In this document: one piece after another, positions 9,873-18,482 of the stretch | Layout: every line of letters begins with the position of its first letter | Position numbering within the stretch: position 1 is the stretch's first letter | Assembly (NCBI GenBank): GCA_963846575.1 | Contig: CAWJWJ010000002.1 | Coordinates: 2,368,001 to 2,432,000 of the forward strand | Length of the DNA: 64,000 nucleotides | Reading direction: 5' to 3' | Source of the DNA: an uncultured Nitrospiraceae bacterium | Lineage (GTDB): Bacteria > Nitrospirota > Nitrospiria > Nitrospirales > Nitrospiraceae | Notes under the pieces: model-generated | Told to the model about the DNA's origin: nothing | Seen by the model: the letters and a program-made list of their open reading frames with translations, nothing else | Database searches by the model: none | Position numbers and translations under genes: made by a program

Positions 9873-11054
9873 ATGGATCGCCAGATTGTCTGCCTTGCCG
9901 TACCGTCATTTGAACTGGCACTCGCGCGCCTGGCCGAGCCCCGCCTCCGCCACCAGCCGGTCGGCCTCGCCCCAGCCCCACGCCCACGCAACCGGCTGAA
10001 TGAAGTGTCTCCCGAAGCCATGGCCGACGGTCTGTATCCGGGCATGACGGTCCAGCAGGCGCTACAACGCTGTCCCGCGCTTCATATTCTGACACCGAAT
10101 TGGGTCCGTACGACTCAGGCTCACGCAACGCTTTCCCATATCGTGACCCGGTATGCACCGGTCTGGGAACCCACAAGCCCCGGCGCGTTTCTCTTGGATT
10201 TAACCGGCACGACACGGCTCTTCGGTCCCACCTGCGATACCGCTGCACGCCTGCAGCGGGACATCGCGATGCAGGTCCATCTCGACGGCGTGCTAGGAAT
10301 CGGCAGCAACAAACTCGTTGCTCAGACCGCCGCCGGCCTGGTGCAACCAGCGCAGCTTTATGAGGTCCGCCACGGGTCCGAACGGGCTTTCATGGCGCCC
10401 TTGTCAATCGAGACGCTGCCGCTCCTCCATCGTCCGCAGATGACACAAATCCGACGATGCTTGGCCGATCTGAATCTCCGGACATTCGGCGACGTGGCTG
10501 ACATCCCTCTTCCCGCGCTCGACATTGCCGTCGGAAAATGGGCCGCCCCATTGCTGCGTTGGGCACAAGGCATCGACTCCACCCCGATCATACCCCCGCC
10601 GGTTCAACCTGAACTCACATGCTCACACGTGTTACAGCCAGATACCAACGACGACCGCATTCTGTGGAACCGTCTAGCCGATCTGCTCGAAGAGCTCTGC
10701 CGGACACTGCGCACTCGACAACGAGTCTGTCGACAACTGGCCCTGACGGTCCGCTATAGCGATCACATCACGACGGGGGGACACCGGACAATCGACCCCG
10801 CCAGTTATTGGGATATCGATCTGAGGCCATCGCTCCAGGCCTTATTCCGGCAATGCGTTCGTCGCCGCATCAGCATGAGCATGCTCACGCTGAGCGCCAG
10901 TGGACTGACCGACCCTGCTGAACAATGCAACCTATTTGACGTCATCGAACCGACTCATCAGCTTCGAATCCGTGCACAACAACTGACGCTCGCTCTCGAC
11001 CGCCTGCGAACACGTTTTGGCAACGGCATTATTCGTTACGGCAGACATCATTGA
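9873..11054 (+). CDS. ImuB/DinB-like Y-family polymerase homolog, probably catalytically inactive
   Basis: Y-family features (GLYPGM...ALQRCP, GIGSNKLVAQ, little-finger TVRYSD); catalytic acidic motifs replaced (CLAVPSF, TSPGAFLLD); QCNLF clamp-like motif; ALDRLRTRFG C-terminus. Confidence 0.82.
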   Translation: MDRQIVCLAVPSFELALARLAEPRLRHQPVGLAPAPRPRNRLNEVSPEAMADGLYPGMTVQQALQRCPALHILTPNWVRTTQAHATLSHIVTRYAPVWEPTSPGAFLLDLTGTTRLFGPTCDTAARLQRDIAMQVHLDGVLGIGSNKLVAQTAAGLVQPAQLYEVRHGSERAFMAPLSIETLPLLHRPQMTQIRRCLADLNLRTFGDVADIPLPALDIAVGKWAAPLLRWAQGIDSTPIIPPPVQPELTCSHVLQPDTNDDRILWNRLADLLEELCRTLRTRQRVCRQLALTVRYSDHITTGGHRTIDPASYWDIDLRPSLQALFRQCVRRRISMSMLTLSASGLTDPAEQCNLFDVIEPTHQLRIRAQQLTLALDRLRTRFGNGIIRYGRHH

Positions 11055-11069
11055 AAGCGACGATCCACC

Positions 11070-14000
11070 ATGCGTTCTTCCTTCGTTCATCTGCATGTCC
11101 ATTCATCCTATTCGCCGATGCAGGGCGTCCCGTCACTCGAAGCTCTCTGCCAGGCCGCGCGCGCGCAAGGCAGTGACACCCTGGCGCTCACCGATACGAA
11201 CGGCCTGTATGGCGCCATTCGATTTCTCGATATCGCCCGTGCATCCGGGATCAAACCGATTCTTGGCGCAGAACTGACGTGCCCCGCCCACCGCGCAGTC
11301 CTGCTGGCCAAAACATCCGCCGGCTACGGCAATCTCTGCCGCATCCTTTCTGCCCGCCACAGCGACGATGCCTTCGACTTCGTCCCGACGGTCACTCGAC
11401 ACCGGGCCGGGCTGATCCTCCTTTCCGATGATCAATCGGCACTCACTGAGTGGCACCGTGATTCACCGGATGATCTGTTCGTCGAACTGACTCCGGGACC
11501 GGACATGGCCAATGCCCTGGCCTTCAGCCGCCGATCAGGATTGCCGCCTGTCGCAACGACGCGTGCGCAATTCCTGACTCCATCCGACTATCACATCCAC
11601 CGGCTCTTGCGTGCCATTGCGCGGAACACCACGCTCTCCCGATTGCCCGACGACGACTGTTGCACACCTACCCACTGGCTGATGCCGCCGTCACATATCG
11701 CACGGCAGTTTCCCCATTCGCCTGAATCCCTCGCTAACAGTCGGCACATCGCCGACAGGTGCGACACCGAGTGGAATTTCAGAGATACGATCTTCCCTTC
11801 ATTTCGGCGTCTCTCAGCCACCCAGGCCTTCGATCGTCTTCGCACATCCGCTTACAAAGGGGCGTTACAGCGTTATGGCACGCTCTCGCCTATGGTTTCG
11901 GCACGCATTGAGCACGAACTTTCGGTAATTTGCGACAAAGGGTACGCGGATTATTTTTTGGTCGTCGAAGAGATCGTCCGACAGGCTCCTCGCACCTGCG
12001 GGCGGGGCTCGGCCGCCGCATCAATCATTTCGTACTGTCTGGGCATTACCCACGTCGATCCGATTCGACACAATCTCCTGTTCGAACGGTTTCTCAATCC
12101 CGGCCGTCACGATCCGCCGGATATCGATATCGACTTTCCTTGGGATGAACGAGACGACATTCTCGACTGGGTCTTTGCCCAATACGGCGAACGGTCGGCC
12201 GCCATGGTCGCTAATCAGAATACCCTGGCGATCCGCGCAGCGATTCGCGAAACCGCCAAAGTCTATGGCCTGCCGGCAGTGGAAATCAGCCGTGCCTTGC
12301 CGGGACTATTCCGCCAAGCCGATCTGTATGAATGCAATTCGAACAAGCCTTCTCGACAGTGGGCCGCAACACTTTGTCAAGGCGTACAACTCCGCCCGCC
12401 CTGGCCGGAGATCCTGCAATGGGCCGTTCAACTCGAAGGACATTTTCGCAATTTGGGCCTGCATTGCGGGGGCATCGTCCTGGTGCCGGACGAAATTCGC
12501 CGGTATGTGCCGGTCGAACGATCTGCCAAGGGTCTACCGGTCATTCAATGGGAGAAAGACCAAGCAGAAGAGGCCGGCCTCGTAAAAATCGACCTCCTGG
12601 GCAATCGGTCGCTGGCCGTTATTCGTGACGCGCTGGCTGCCGTCGCCAGCCATACAGGCCGGCAGATCGATTATGTCACGTGGGATCCGCTCTCCGACGT
12701 ACCGGCTAAAACGTTAATTCGCCGGGGGGACACCATGGGCTGCTTCTACGTGGAATCTCCCGCCACGCGGCTCCTGCTCAAAAAACTCTGGACCACCATG
12801 CCGGCCGCACGGCAGGCACTGGCCGATGACTTCGAATACCTGACGATCGTTTCCTCTATGATCAGGCCGGCCGCGCACCGGTTCTCCGACGATTTTGTTC
12901 GCCGTGCACATGGTCAGCCGTACCGCATCCTCCATCCGGCCTTACACGATGTGTTGGGTGAGACCTTTGGCATCATGGTCTATCAGGAAGATGTGATGAA
13001 CGTGGCCGTCGCGTTAGGAGGGTTTTCGATCGAGGACGGCGATCAATTGCGAAAAGTGCTCAGCAAAAAACACAAGCAACGACAGCTCCACGATTACCAA
13101 CGACAGTTTTGCGCCGGTGCCCTGGCCCGGGGAACCAGCGTGCCCGTCATCGAGCAGATCTGGGCCATGATCATGAGTTTTGCCGGTTATAGTTTTTGCA
13201 AACCCCATTCGGCCAGTTATGCGCAAGTATCATTTAAATCCGCCTATCTTCGCGCCCACTATCCGGCCGAATTCATCGCAGCAGTCATCAGCAACCAGGG
13301 CGGTTTCTATTCGACGTTTGCCTATTTGTCGGAAGCACGGCGAATGGGACTGACGATCCTGCCGCCGGATCTCAATGAAAGTGACTGGGTCTATCAGGGA
13401 CAGGCACGGGAGGTCCGCGTGGGGTTGATGCAGGTCAAAGGCCTTCGGCAGGATCTCGTCACGGCGTTAGTCGCGCAACGTACCACGGGGGGGCCCTTTC
13501 GATCGCTGCAGGATTTTCTAGACCGGCTCCACCCCGATCCTTCCCAGATTCGATTGCTCATCAAAGCCGGCTGTTTCGACCGCATTGCCGGCGAACTCAC
13601 CAGACCGGCCTTGTTCTGGCGTCTGCTGGCCTGGCAGCACCAACCATCTCCCGGCTATCTGCCTATCCCGCCGGAATACTCACCATCCAGGCTGATTGCA
13701 CAGGAGATCGATACGTTCGGCTTTCCTCTCCGATGCCATCCGCTCGACCTGATTCCTCTCACACACATCCCGCCCGGTACGATTGCGGCCTGTGACATGG
13801 GACAACACATTGGCTGTTCGATTACCATGCTGGGCGTTCTGATTACGGAAAAGGTCGTCCACACAAAACAGGGCGTCCCGATGGAGTTTGTCAGTTTTGA
13901 AGATCTGACAGGGCTGTACGATGCGACCATCTTTCCAGCTGTCTATCGACGGACCTGTCATCTGCTTGCCACGAACCAGGCCTATATCATTGAAGGAGTC

Positions 14001-14108
14001 GTCGAGGCGCACTTTGCCGCCGTGACGCTGACCGTCACGGCGATTCGGAAGGTGTCACACCGGCCTGAAACGCAGCCGGCCTGTTCGCCCACTGGTCGGC
14101 CGATGTGA
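11070..14108 (+). CDS. dnaE2: Error-prone DNA polymerase III alpha paralog (DnaE2)
   Basis: PHP HLHVHS, GRGSAAAS, FERFL, PPDIDIDF, KIDLLG, YSFCKPHS, C-terminal OB fold; in operon with the ImuB-like gene. Confidence 0.88.
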   Translation: MRSSFVHLHVHSSYSPMQGVPSLEALCQAARAQGSDTLALTDTNGLYGAIRFLDIARASGIKPILGAELTCPAHRAVLLAKTSAGYGNLCRILSARHSDDAFDFVPTVTRHRAGLILLSDDQSALTEWHRDSPDDLFVELTPGPDMANALAFSRRSGLPPVATTRAQFLTPSDYHIHRLLRAIARNTTLSRLPDDDCCTPTHWLMPPSHIARQFPHSPESLANSRHIADRCDTEWNFRDTIFPSFRRLSATQAFDRLRTSAYKGALQRYGTLSPMVSARIEHELSVICDKGYADYFLVVEEIVRQAPRTCGRGSAAASIISYCLGITHVDPIRHNLLFERFLNPGRHDPPDIDIDFPWDERDDILDWVFAQYGERSAAMVANQNTLAIRAAIRETAKVYGLPAVEISRALPGLFRQADLYECNSNKPSRQWAATLCQGVQLRPPWPEILQWAVQLEGHFRNLGLHCGGIVLVPDEIRRYVPVERSAKGLPVIQWEKDQAEEAGLVKIDLLGNRSLAVIRDALAAVASHTGRQIDYVTWDPLSDVPAKTLIRRGDTMGCFYVESPATRLLLKKLWTTMPAARQALADDFEYLTIVSSMIRPAAHRFSDDFVRRAHGQPYRILHPALHDVLGETFGIMVYQEDVMNVAVALGGFSIEDGDQLRKVLSKKHKQRQLHDYQRQFCAGALARGTSVPVIEQIWAMIMSFAGYSFCKPHSASYAQVSFKSAYLRAHYPAEFIAAVISNQGGFYSTFAYLSEARRMGLTILPPDLNESDWVYQGQAREVRVGLMQVKGLRQDLVTALVAQRTTGGPFRSLQDFLDRLHPDPSQIRLLIKAGCFDRIAGELTRPALFWRLLAWQHQPSPGYLPIPPEYSPSRLIAQEIDTFGFPLRCHPLDLIPLTHIPPGTIAACDMGQHIGCSITMLGVLITEKVVHTKQGVPMEFVSFEDLTGLYDATIFPAVYRRTCHLLATNQAYIIEGVVEAHFAAVTLTVTAIRKVSHRPETQPACSPTGRPM

Positions 14109-14119
14109 TGTACAAAAGC

Positions 14120-14656
14120 TCAGGGCGTCTTGCTTTCAGGGAGATCCGAGGCGTCGCCCTTTTCAACTTTGACGATATTGACGTCGAACGTGAGGGTCTT
14201 CCCGGCCAGTGGATGATTGAGGTCAATGAGCACCTTCTTGTCATTCACTTCTAAGACTTTCACTAACCGATTGTCCGCGGCTTGCAGAATATCTCCGACC
14301 TTCACGTCCTTAGGGAGTTTCTCTCTCTCAACGGACTGTCGCAACTTATTGTTGTAGGGACCATAGGCATCCTGTGCCGGCACGTCAATGCGTCGTTTTT
14401 GACCGGCCTTCATTCCGTCGAGGGCCTTCTCAAGGCCGGGAACAATTTCATGCGCGCCCTGCACGAACGTGATCGGCGCCTGGCCGACATTCGAATCGGC
14501 CACGGACTTGTCCGGAAGGGTCAAGGTATATTCCAGTGACACTTTCATGCCATCGGCAATGGCTACGTCGCTTTGAGCGTAGGCCATCCCGCTGAATGCT
14601 TGCCCGCTGCCCAGGGCTATCGCCAAACCCAGCAACAGGTTCCGTCCATGTCTCAT
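14120..14656 (-). CDS. SlyD-like FKBP peptidyl-prolyl isomerase with N-terminal signal peptide
   Basis: VSLEYTL, IVPGLEKALDG, AYG, DLNHPLAGKTLTFDV; leader MRHGRNLLLGLAIALGSGQAFSGMAYA. Confidence 0.88.
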   Translation of the reverse strand: MRHGRNLLLGLAIALGSGQAFSGMAYAQSDVAIADGMKVSLEYTLTLPDKSVADSNVGQAPITFVQGAHEIVPGLEKALDGMKAGQKRRIDVPAQDAYGPYNNKLRQSVEREKLPKDVKVGDILQAADNRLVKVLEVNDKKVLIDLNHPLAGKTLTFDVNIVKVEKGDASDLPESKTP

Positions 14657-14716
14657 TCACGCTCCTCCTCAATCATGCCTGTCCAGCAATTCCAGCCGAG
14701 CAAGGCGGTTCCTCAA

Positions 14717-16039
14717 CTACTGGCCACGACGTGGCGCGGCGGGACGATCAGAGCGCCAGCCTCGACCACCCTGCCTGGCTCTCGAATCCTGGGGCATCGA
14801 GCTTGGACGCTCTCCTGCCCTGCGCGGCCGAGCCTCGCGACGCCCATCGTGCCTGGATGGACCATTGGACTCAGGCTCGCTTACGGCAGGCGGCAGCGCT
14901 GCTAAGGTAGGCAGCGTCAGTCGACTTGTTTGAATTCGCAAACGGCGAACCATAGCCAAGTACTCACGCTCCTCTTGCGGAGACAAGATCAAAAGCGTCG
15001 CGCCGGCCCGTTCCGCGCGCCCTGTCCGACCGGTGCGATGGACGTATGAGGTAGGATTACCGGGCAATTCATAATGAATGACCTGGGACACCGCCGGAAC
15101 ATCCAGTCCGCGTGCCGCTACGTCGGTCGCCACCAGCGACCGCAGACGCCCTGACCGGAATGCCGTGAGGGTGCGCTCACGTTGCGCCTGGGAATGGTTC
15201 CCTGTAATCGCCCCCACCGACGCCGGCTCTCCACCCAGACGGGCAGCCAAGCGCTTGACTTTGTACTTTTGATCGCAAAAAACCATTGATTGCTCACCGG
15301 TCACCGCCTGCTGGATCAGCGTGTGAATCAGTTGGACTCGCGAGGACTCGCTGGGCACGACGTAATACGCATGGGTGATCGTGGTCGGCGTGTTAACGCC
15401 AGGATCAACCGCTGTGCGAGCAGGATTCTTCAGCATCGATTCAGCAAGCGTCAGAATCTCCGGTGAAAAGGTCGCGGAGAACAACATCGTCTGCCGTTGC
15501 TCTGGCAGCAACTTCAGAATGCGTTGGATATCGCGCAGAAATCCGCGGTCCAACATTTGATCGGCTTCATCCATGACCACATACTCCACGCCGCGCAAGT
15601 CCAGATGTCGCGTGCCTGCGACATCCAACAGACGGCCCGGTGTTCCGATCACAATCAGCGGCGGCTGCCGCAGTGCCCTGTAATGCCGTTCGATGGGAAT
15701 TCCACCATACAGGGCCAGAGACGTCACCGCAGGCGGAGCGTACTTACGAAGTTCCATTTCGATTTGGAGCGCCAATTCACGAGTCGGCGCAAGTACCAGG
15801 GCCCGTGGCAACCGTGACGAGCCACCAGCTTTCCAGCCTTCTTTGACGGCCCGCTCGATCAGGGGAATGAGGAAGGCCAGCGTTTTTCCACTACCGGTTT
15901 TGGCTTGAGCCAACAAATCCCGCCCCTCAAGGGCCAACGGGATGGCAGCCTTCTGAATGGGAGTCGGCGCAGTAAACCCGGCCTGTTGAAGACGCTCAGC
16001 GACAAACGAGGTAAGAGACAATTCGGCAAACGAAACCAT
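14717..16039 (-). CDS. DEAD-box RNA helicase
   Basis: Q motif PTPIQ, AKTGSGKT, PTREL, TPGR, DEAD, SAT, ARGLD, HRTGRTGR. Confidence 0.95.
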   Translation of the reverse strand: MVSFAELSLTSFVAERLQQAGFTAPTPIQKAAIPLALEGRDLLAQAKTGSGKTLAFLIPLIERAVKEGWKAGGSSRLPRALVLAPTRELALQIEMELRKYAPPAVTSLALYGGIPIERHYRALRQPPLIVIGTPGRLLDVAGTRHLDLRGVEYVVMDEADQMLDRGFLRDIQRILKLLPEQRQTMLFSATFSPEILTLAESMLKNPARTAVDPGVNTPTTITHAYYVVPSESSRVQLIHTLIQQAVTGEQSMVFCDQKYKVKRLAARLGGEPASVGAITGNHSQAQRERTLTAFRSGRLRSLVATDVAARGLDVPAVSQVIHYELPGNPTSYVHRTGRTGRAERAGATLLILSPQEEREYLAMVRRLRIQTSRLTLPTLAALPPAVSEPESNGPSRHDGRREARPRRAGERPSSMPQDSRARQGGRGWRSDRPAAPRRGQ

Positions 16040-16124
16040 ACAACTTTACTCCTAAATCTCTATCTTGGGAAAACAGGGGCAGCCAATCTGATGGCCCTGC
16101 GAACCAGAGAGAGGACAACACGGT

Positions 16125-16160
16125 AAGAAAGCACAGGGGCTACCCTAGCGGCAGCCCCTG
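16125..16160 (-). terminator. Probable intrinsic terminator after the RRM gene
   Basis: Minus strand CAGGGGCTGCC-GCTAG-GGTAGCCCCTG followed by TGCTTTCTT. Confidence 0.6.
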
Positions 16161-16186
16161 AATAGATATAGCGAAACGAGCCCAGC

Positions 16187-16486
16187 TTACTGCCGGCCCC
16201 CGCCCATTCCACGTCCTCCACCCCCACCGGAGCGCGGCTCCTGCGGGCGGGCTTCGTTCACGGTCAAGGTGCGACCACCAAACTGTGTTCCATTCAAGGC
16301 ATTGATCGCTGCTTGCGCCTCAGAATCTCCCGACATTTCCACGAAGCCAAAACCCCTGGACTGTCCAGTAAACTTGTCTGTGATGATGCGCGCCGACGTC
16401 ACCGCCCCGTGCACCGCAAACAAGTCGCTTAATTGCTGCTCGGTGGTTGAATATGGCAAGCCGCCAACGTAGATCTTCGAACCCAT
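16187..16486 (-). CDS. RRM (RNP-1) RNA-binding protein with Gly-rich tail
   Basis: RNP2 IYVGGL, RNP1 RGFGFVEM, LTVNEARP. Confidence 0.95.
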   Translation of the reverse strand: MGSKIYVGGLPYSTTEQQLSDLFAVHGAVTSARIITDKFTGQSRGFGFVEMSGDSEAQAAINALNGTQFGGRTLTVNEARPQEPRSGGGGGRGMGGGRQ

Positions 16487-16745
16487 TGGGTTCCTCCTTT
16501 GAGAATAGAATGGTGTTGTCTGGGACTCGAGAAAGAGACGAGGAAGGAATGGGGCGAAGATGCAAACACAGCGGCAATCTTAGCTCTGGCTTCCGAAATT
16601 CCCGGGAAGAACCCAAAACAACATCGGTTCGAGCCCTGTAACGATTTTCTACTTCACCACCAAGGCCCTTCGCAATGAAGCACCTTCAATGTATCCTACC
16701 GAATTAGGAAAGGCAAGCCTCAAATGCTCTTGCGAACGCTGCGGC

Positions 16746-17582
16746 CTAATAGGCGGCCGGTGCCGACAATGGGCGACTGGAGTACAGAGGGGCTGCATTG
16801 AAATTATCGAACTGGGCCGACGCCCCCCCACGCACCACGATCCCCACTTGCCCGACTCCAAGCGCCTGATCCTCTACGGACACCGCCAAGCTTCCGTCAA
16901 ACACTGTCTCCACGAAGTCCTTGCTGATAATGGTGTTACGTGTGACCCTCAGCGTATGCCATTCAACCGGTTTCAGCTTAAGGACTGCCCGACCGAGCAC
17001 CGACTCCTTCCCATCGATGACGCGCACGACTTCAAGTGCCTTATGGGACAAATCCACAATGGTTGCATAGTAATTGTTGGAATCCTTCAGGCTAAAAACC
17101 ACCCCGACCTGTCCCTGCGTGGAAGCGGCCCCTTCGTGAATACGGATGACAAGATCGGGGTACTCATACTGAAATCCCTTCGCCACAAGTAGTTCGACGC
17201 AGGTCGCGCATTGAGACACCCCACGCAGCACATGGGGAGATGAAGGCGGGGCCGCTTCTGCCTCCACCTTCCACGACCCACCGGACTGCTGCCCGGTGGT
17301 TGCCAGCACCGTAAATCCACCGGGTAGCTGTCCAAGCGAGTCTTTGTCGAAGGTCCAATCATTAAAAAGCTCAGGATTAGCTTGTTGACGTAGATGCTCA
17401 GCCTTTTCGGCATGGGTTTCCTTGGAGACAGCCCAGGCCGCTCCCGGGCCGGCCACCCACGGGCCAGTCATCACGAATGCAGCCAGCATCATCTTTACCG
17501 CAAATAACAGGTTGAGCGCGGGGGACCCGACATGGCAAGCCCCTGCCCGGTTTTGCAGGATCAGCTCATTGTTCTGTGACAC
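16746..17582 (-). CDS. Hypothetical exported beta-sandwich (concanavalin/DUF1080-like) protein
   Basis: Hydrophobic N-terminal segment, WTFD...GSWKV...WHTLRV...GQVGI...FDNF pattern; true start may be downstream. Confidence 0.6.
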   Translation of the reverse strand: MSQNNELILQNRAGACHVGSPALNLLFAVKMMLAAFVMTGPWVAGPGAAWAVSKETHAEKAEHLRQQANPELFNDWTFDKDSLGQLPGGFTVLATTGQQSGGSWKVEAEAAPPSSPHVLRGVSQCATCVELLVAKGFQYEYPDLVIRIHEGAASTQGQVGVVFSLKDSNNYYATIVDLSHKALEVVRVIDGKESVLGRAVLKLKPVEWHTLRVTRNTIISKDFVETVFDGSLAVSVEDQALGVGQVGIVVRGGASAQFDNFNAAPLYSSRPLSAPAAY

Positions 17583-17604
17583 GGGATACTCCTCCGGAAC
17601 GTCC

Positions 17605-17859
17605 TCACGTTTTCGGGTGAGAACCTTTAATTTGAATAATGTCCTGTTGAAATCGATCGCGCTCGGCGAGAATCTTTTTTCGCCGCCACCCGCGCAACGT
17701 CCACCATTTTATCTTATCTCTGAACGTCACCACCGGTGGAGGGGTGCTTCCCACCGGCCCATGCTGAAATTCATAACCCTCATGCGTGCCCTGGTTCCTG
17801 CGGAACCGCTCATATTGGTAGTCGTAAAGACCCTTTCCCTGCCCTTCCATACGCGCCAC
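17605..17859 (-). CDS. Small hypothetical protein
   Basis: 84-aa ORF filling the gap, co-oriented with its neighbour; no recognisable motif. Confidence 0.45.
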   Translation of the reverse strand: MARMEGQGKGLYDYQYERFRRNQGTHEGYEFQHGPVGSTPPPVVTFRDKIKWWTLRGWRRKKILAERDRFQQDIIQIKGSHPKT

Positions 17860-18044
17860 CTTTCACCCAACAAACGAACCTCATACCAAGCGGGACGTAG
17901 GATCCCAATCTGGACTATCTCGCAGCCGCTCGGCTGAGAACCGATAGTACACGGACGCTTCTGCACTCTGCAATGGGACCTTTTCCTTGTGTTATAGTGC
18001 GAGCATTCCAGTACGTAGCGGTCAGCTTGAGGACGCGCCGAACA

Positions 18045-18482
18045 ATGGATCTTGCTCAGCACCCACCCCGACGCTGGAGTGATACCCTGGCGGGTATGAT
18101 CTGGCTGCCTCGACTCATTGATAAGATACGTGCCTTTCAGGGCGGCACCCTCGGAACGTATGCCTATCCGTCTGCCCTGGACCAATCGTTCATGCGTCGA
18201 TTCCGATTCACTCCGGCCTTCATCGAGCGCGTGGTTCGTGAGACCGCTTCGGATGACGCGATCGGCATAGTGATACGACAGCATCTGCAGCTCACGGACG
18301 AAGAGGTAGCAAGCCGCTGTACGGTTTTTCGCAAGAAGTATCGAGTGGCTTTTTCCGTCCTGGACCGTGACGACGGGTATGCTCGTGGTTTAGGCTATCC
18401 CCTTCCGAGGTTTCTTCAAGCTCCACTCTGGCGATGGTATCAACGCTGGGCTGCCCAGAAGGCCTCCGCCACGTCCATCTGA
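18045..18482 (+). CDS. DUF5069-like protein
   Basis: MDLAQHPPRRWSDTLAGMIWLPRLIDKIRA...LGTYAYPSALD...LDRDD matches the recalled DUF5069 pattern. Confidence 0.7.
   Translation: MDLAQHPPRRWSDTLAGMIWLPRLIDKIRAFQGGTLGTYAYPSALDQSFMRRFRFTPAFIERVVRETASDDAIGIVIRQHLQLTDEEVASRCTVFRKKYRVAFSVLDRDDGYARGLGYPLPRFLQAPLWRWYQRWAAQKASATSI

Noticed and set aside
9267..14108. Mutagenesis cassette as part of a prophage or mobile island
   Set aside because: No integrase, transposase, att-like direct repeats or phage structural genes are visible in the window.
16637..16652. TGTAACGATTTTCTAC upstream of the RRM gene, resembling the repressor operator
   Set aside because: Only one half-site matches; the second half is too degenerate to distinguish from chance.
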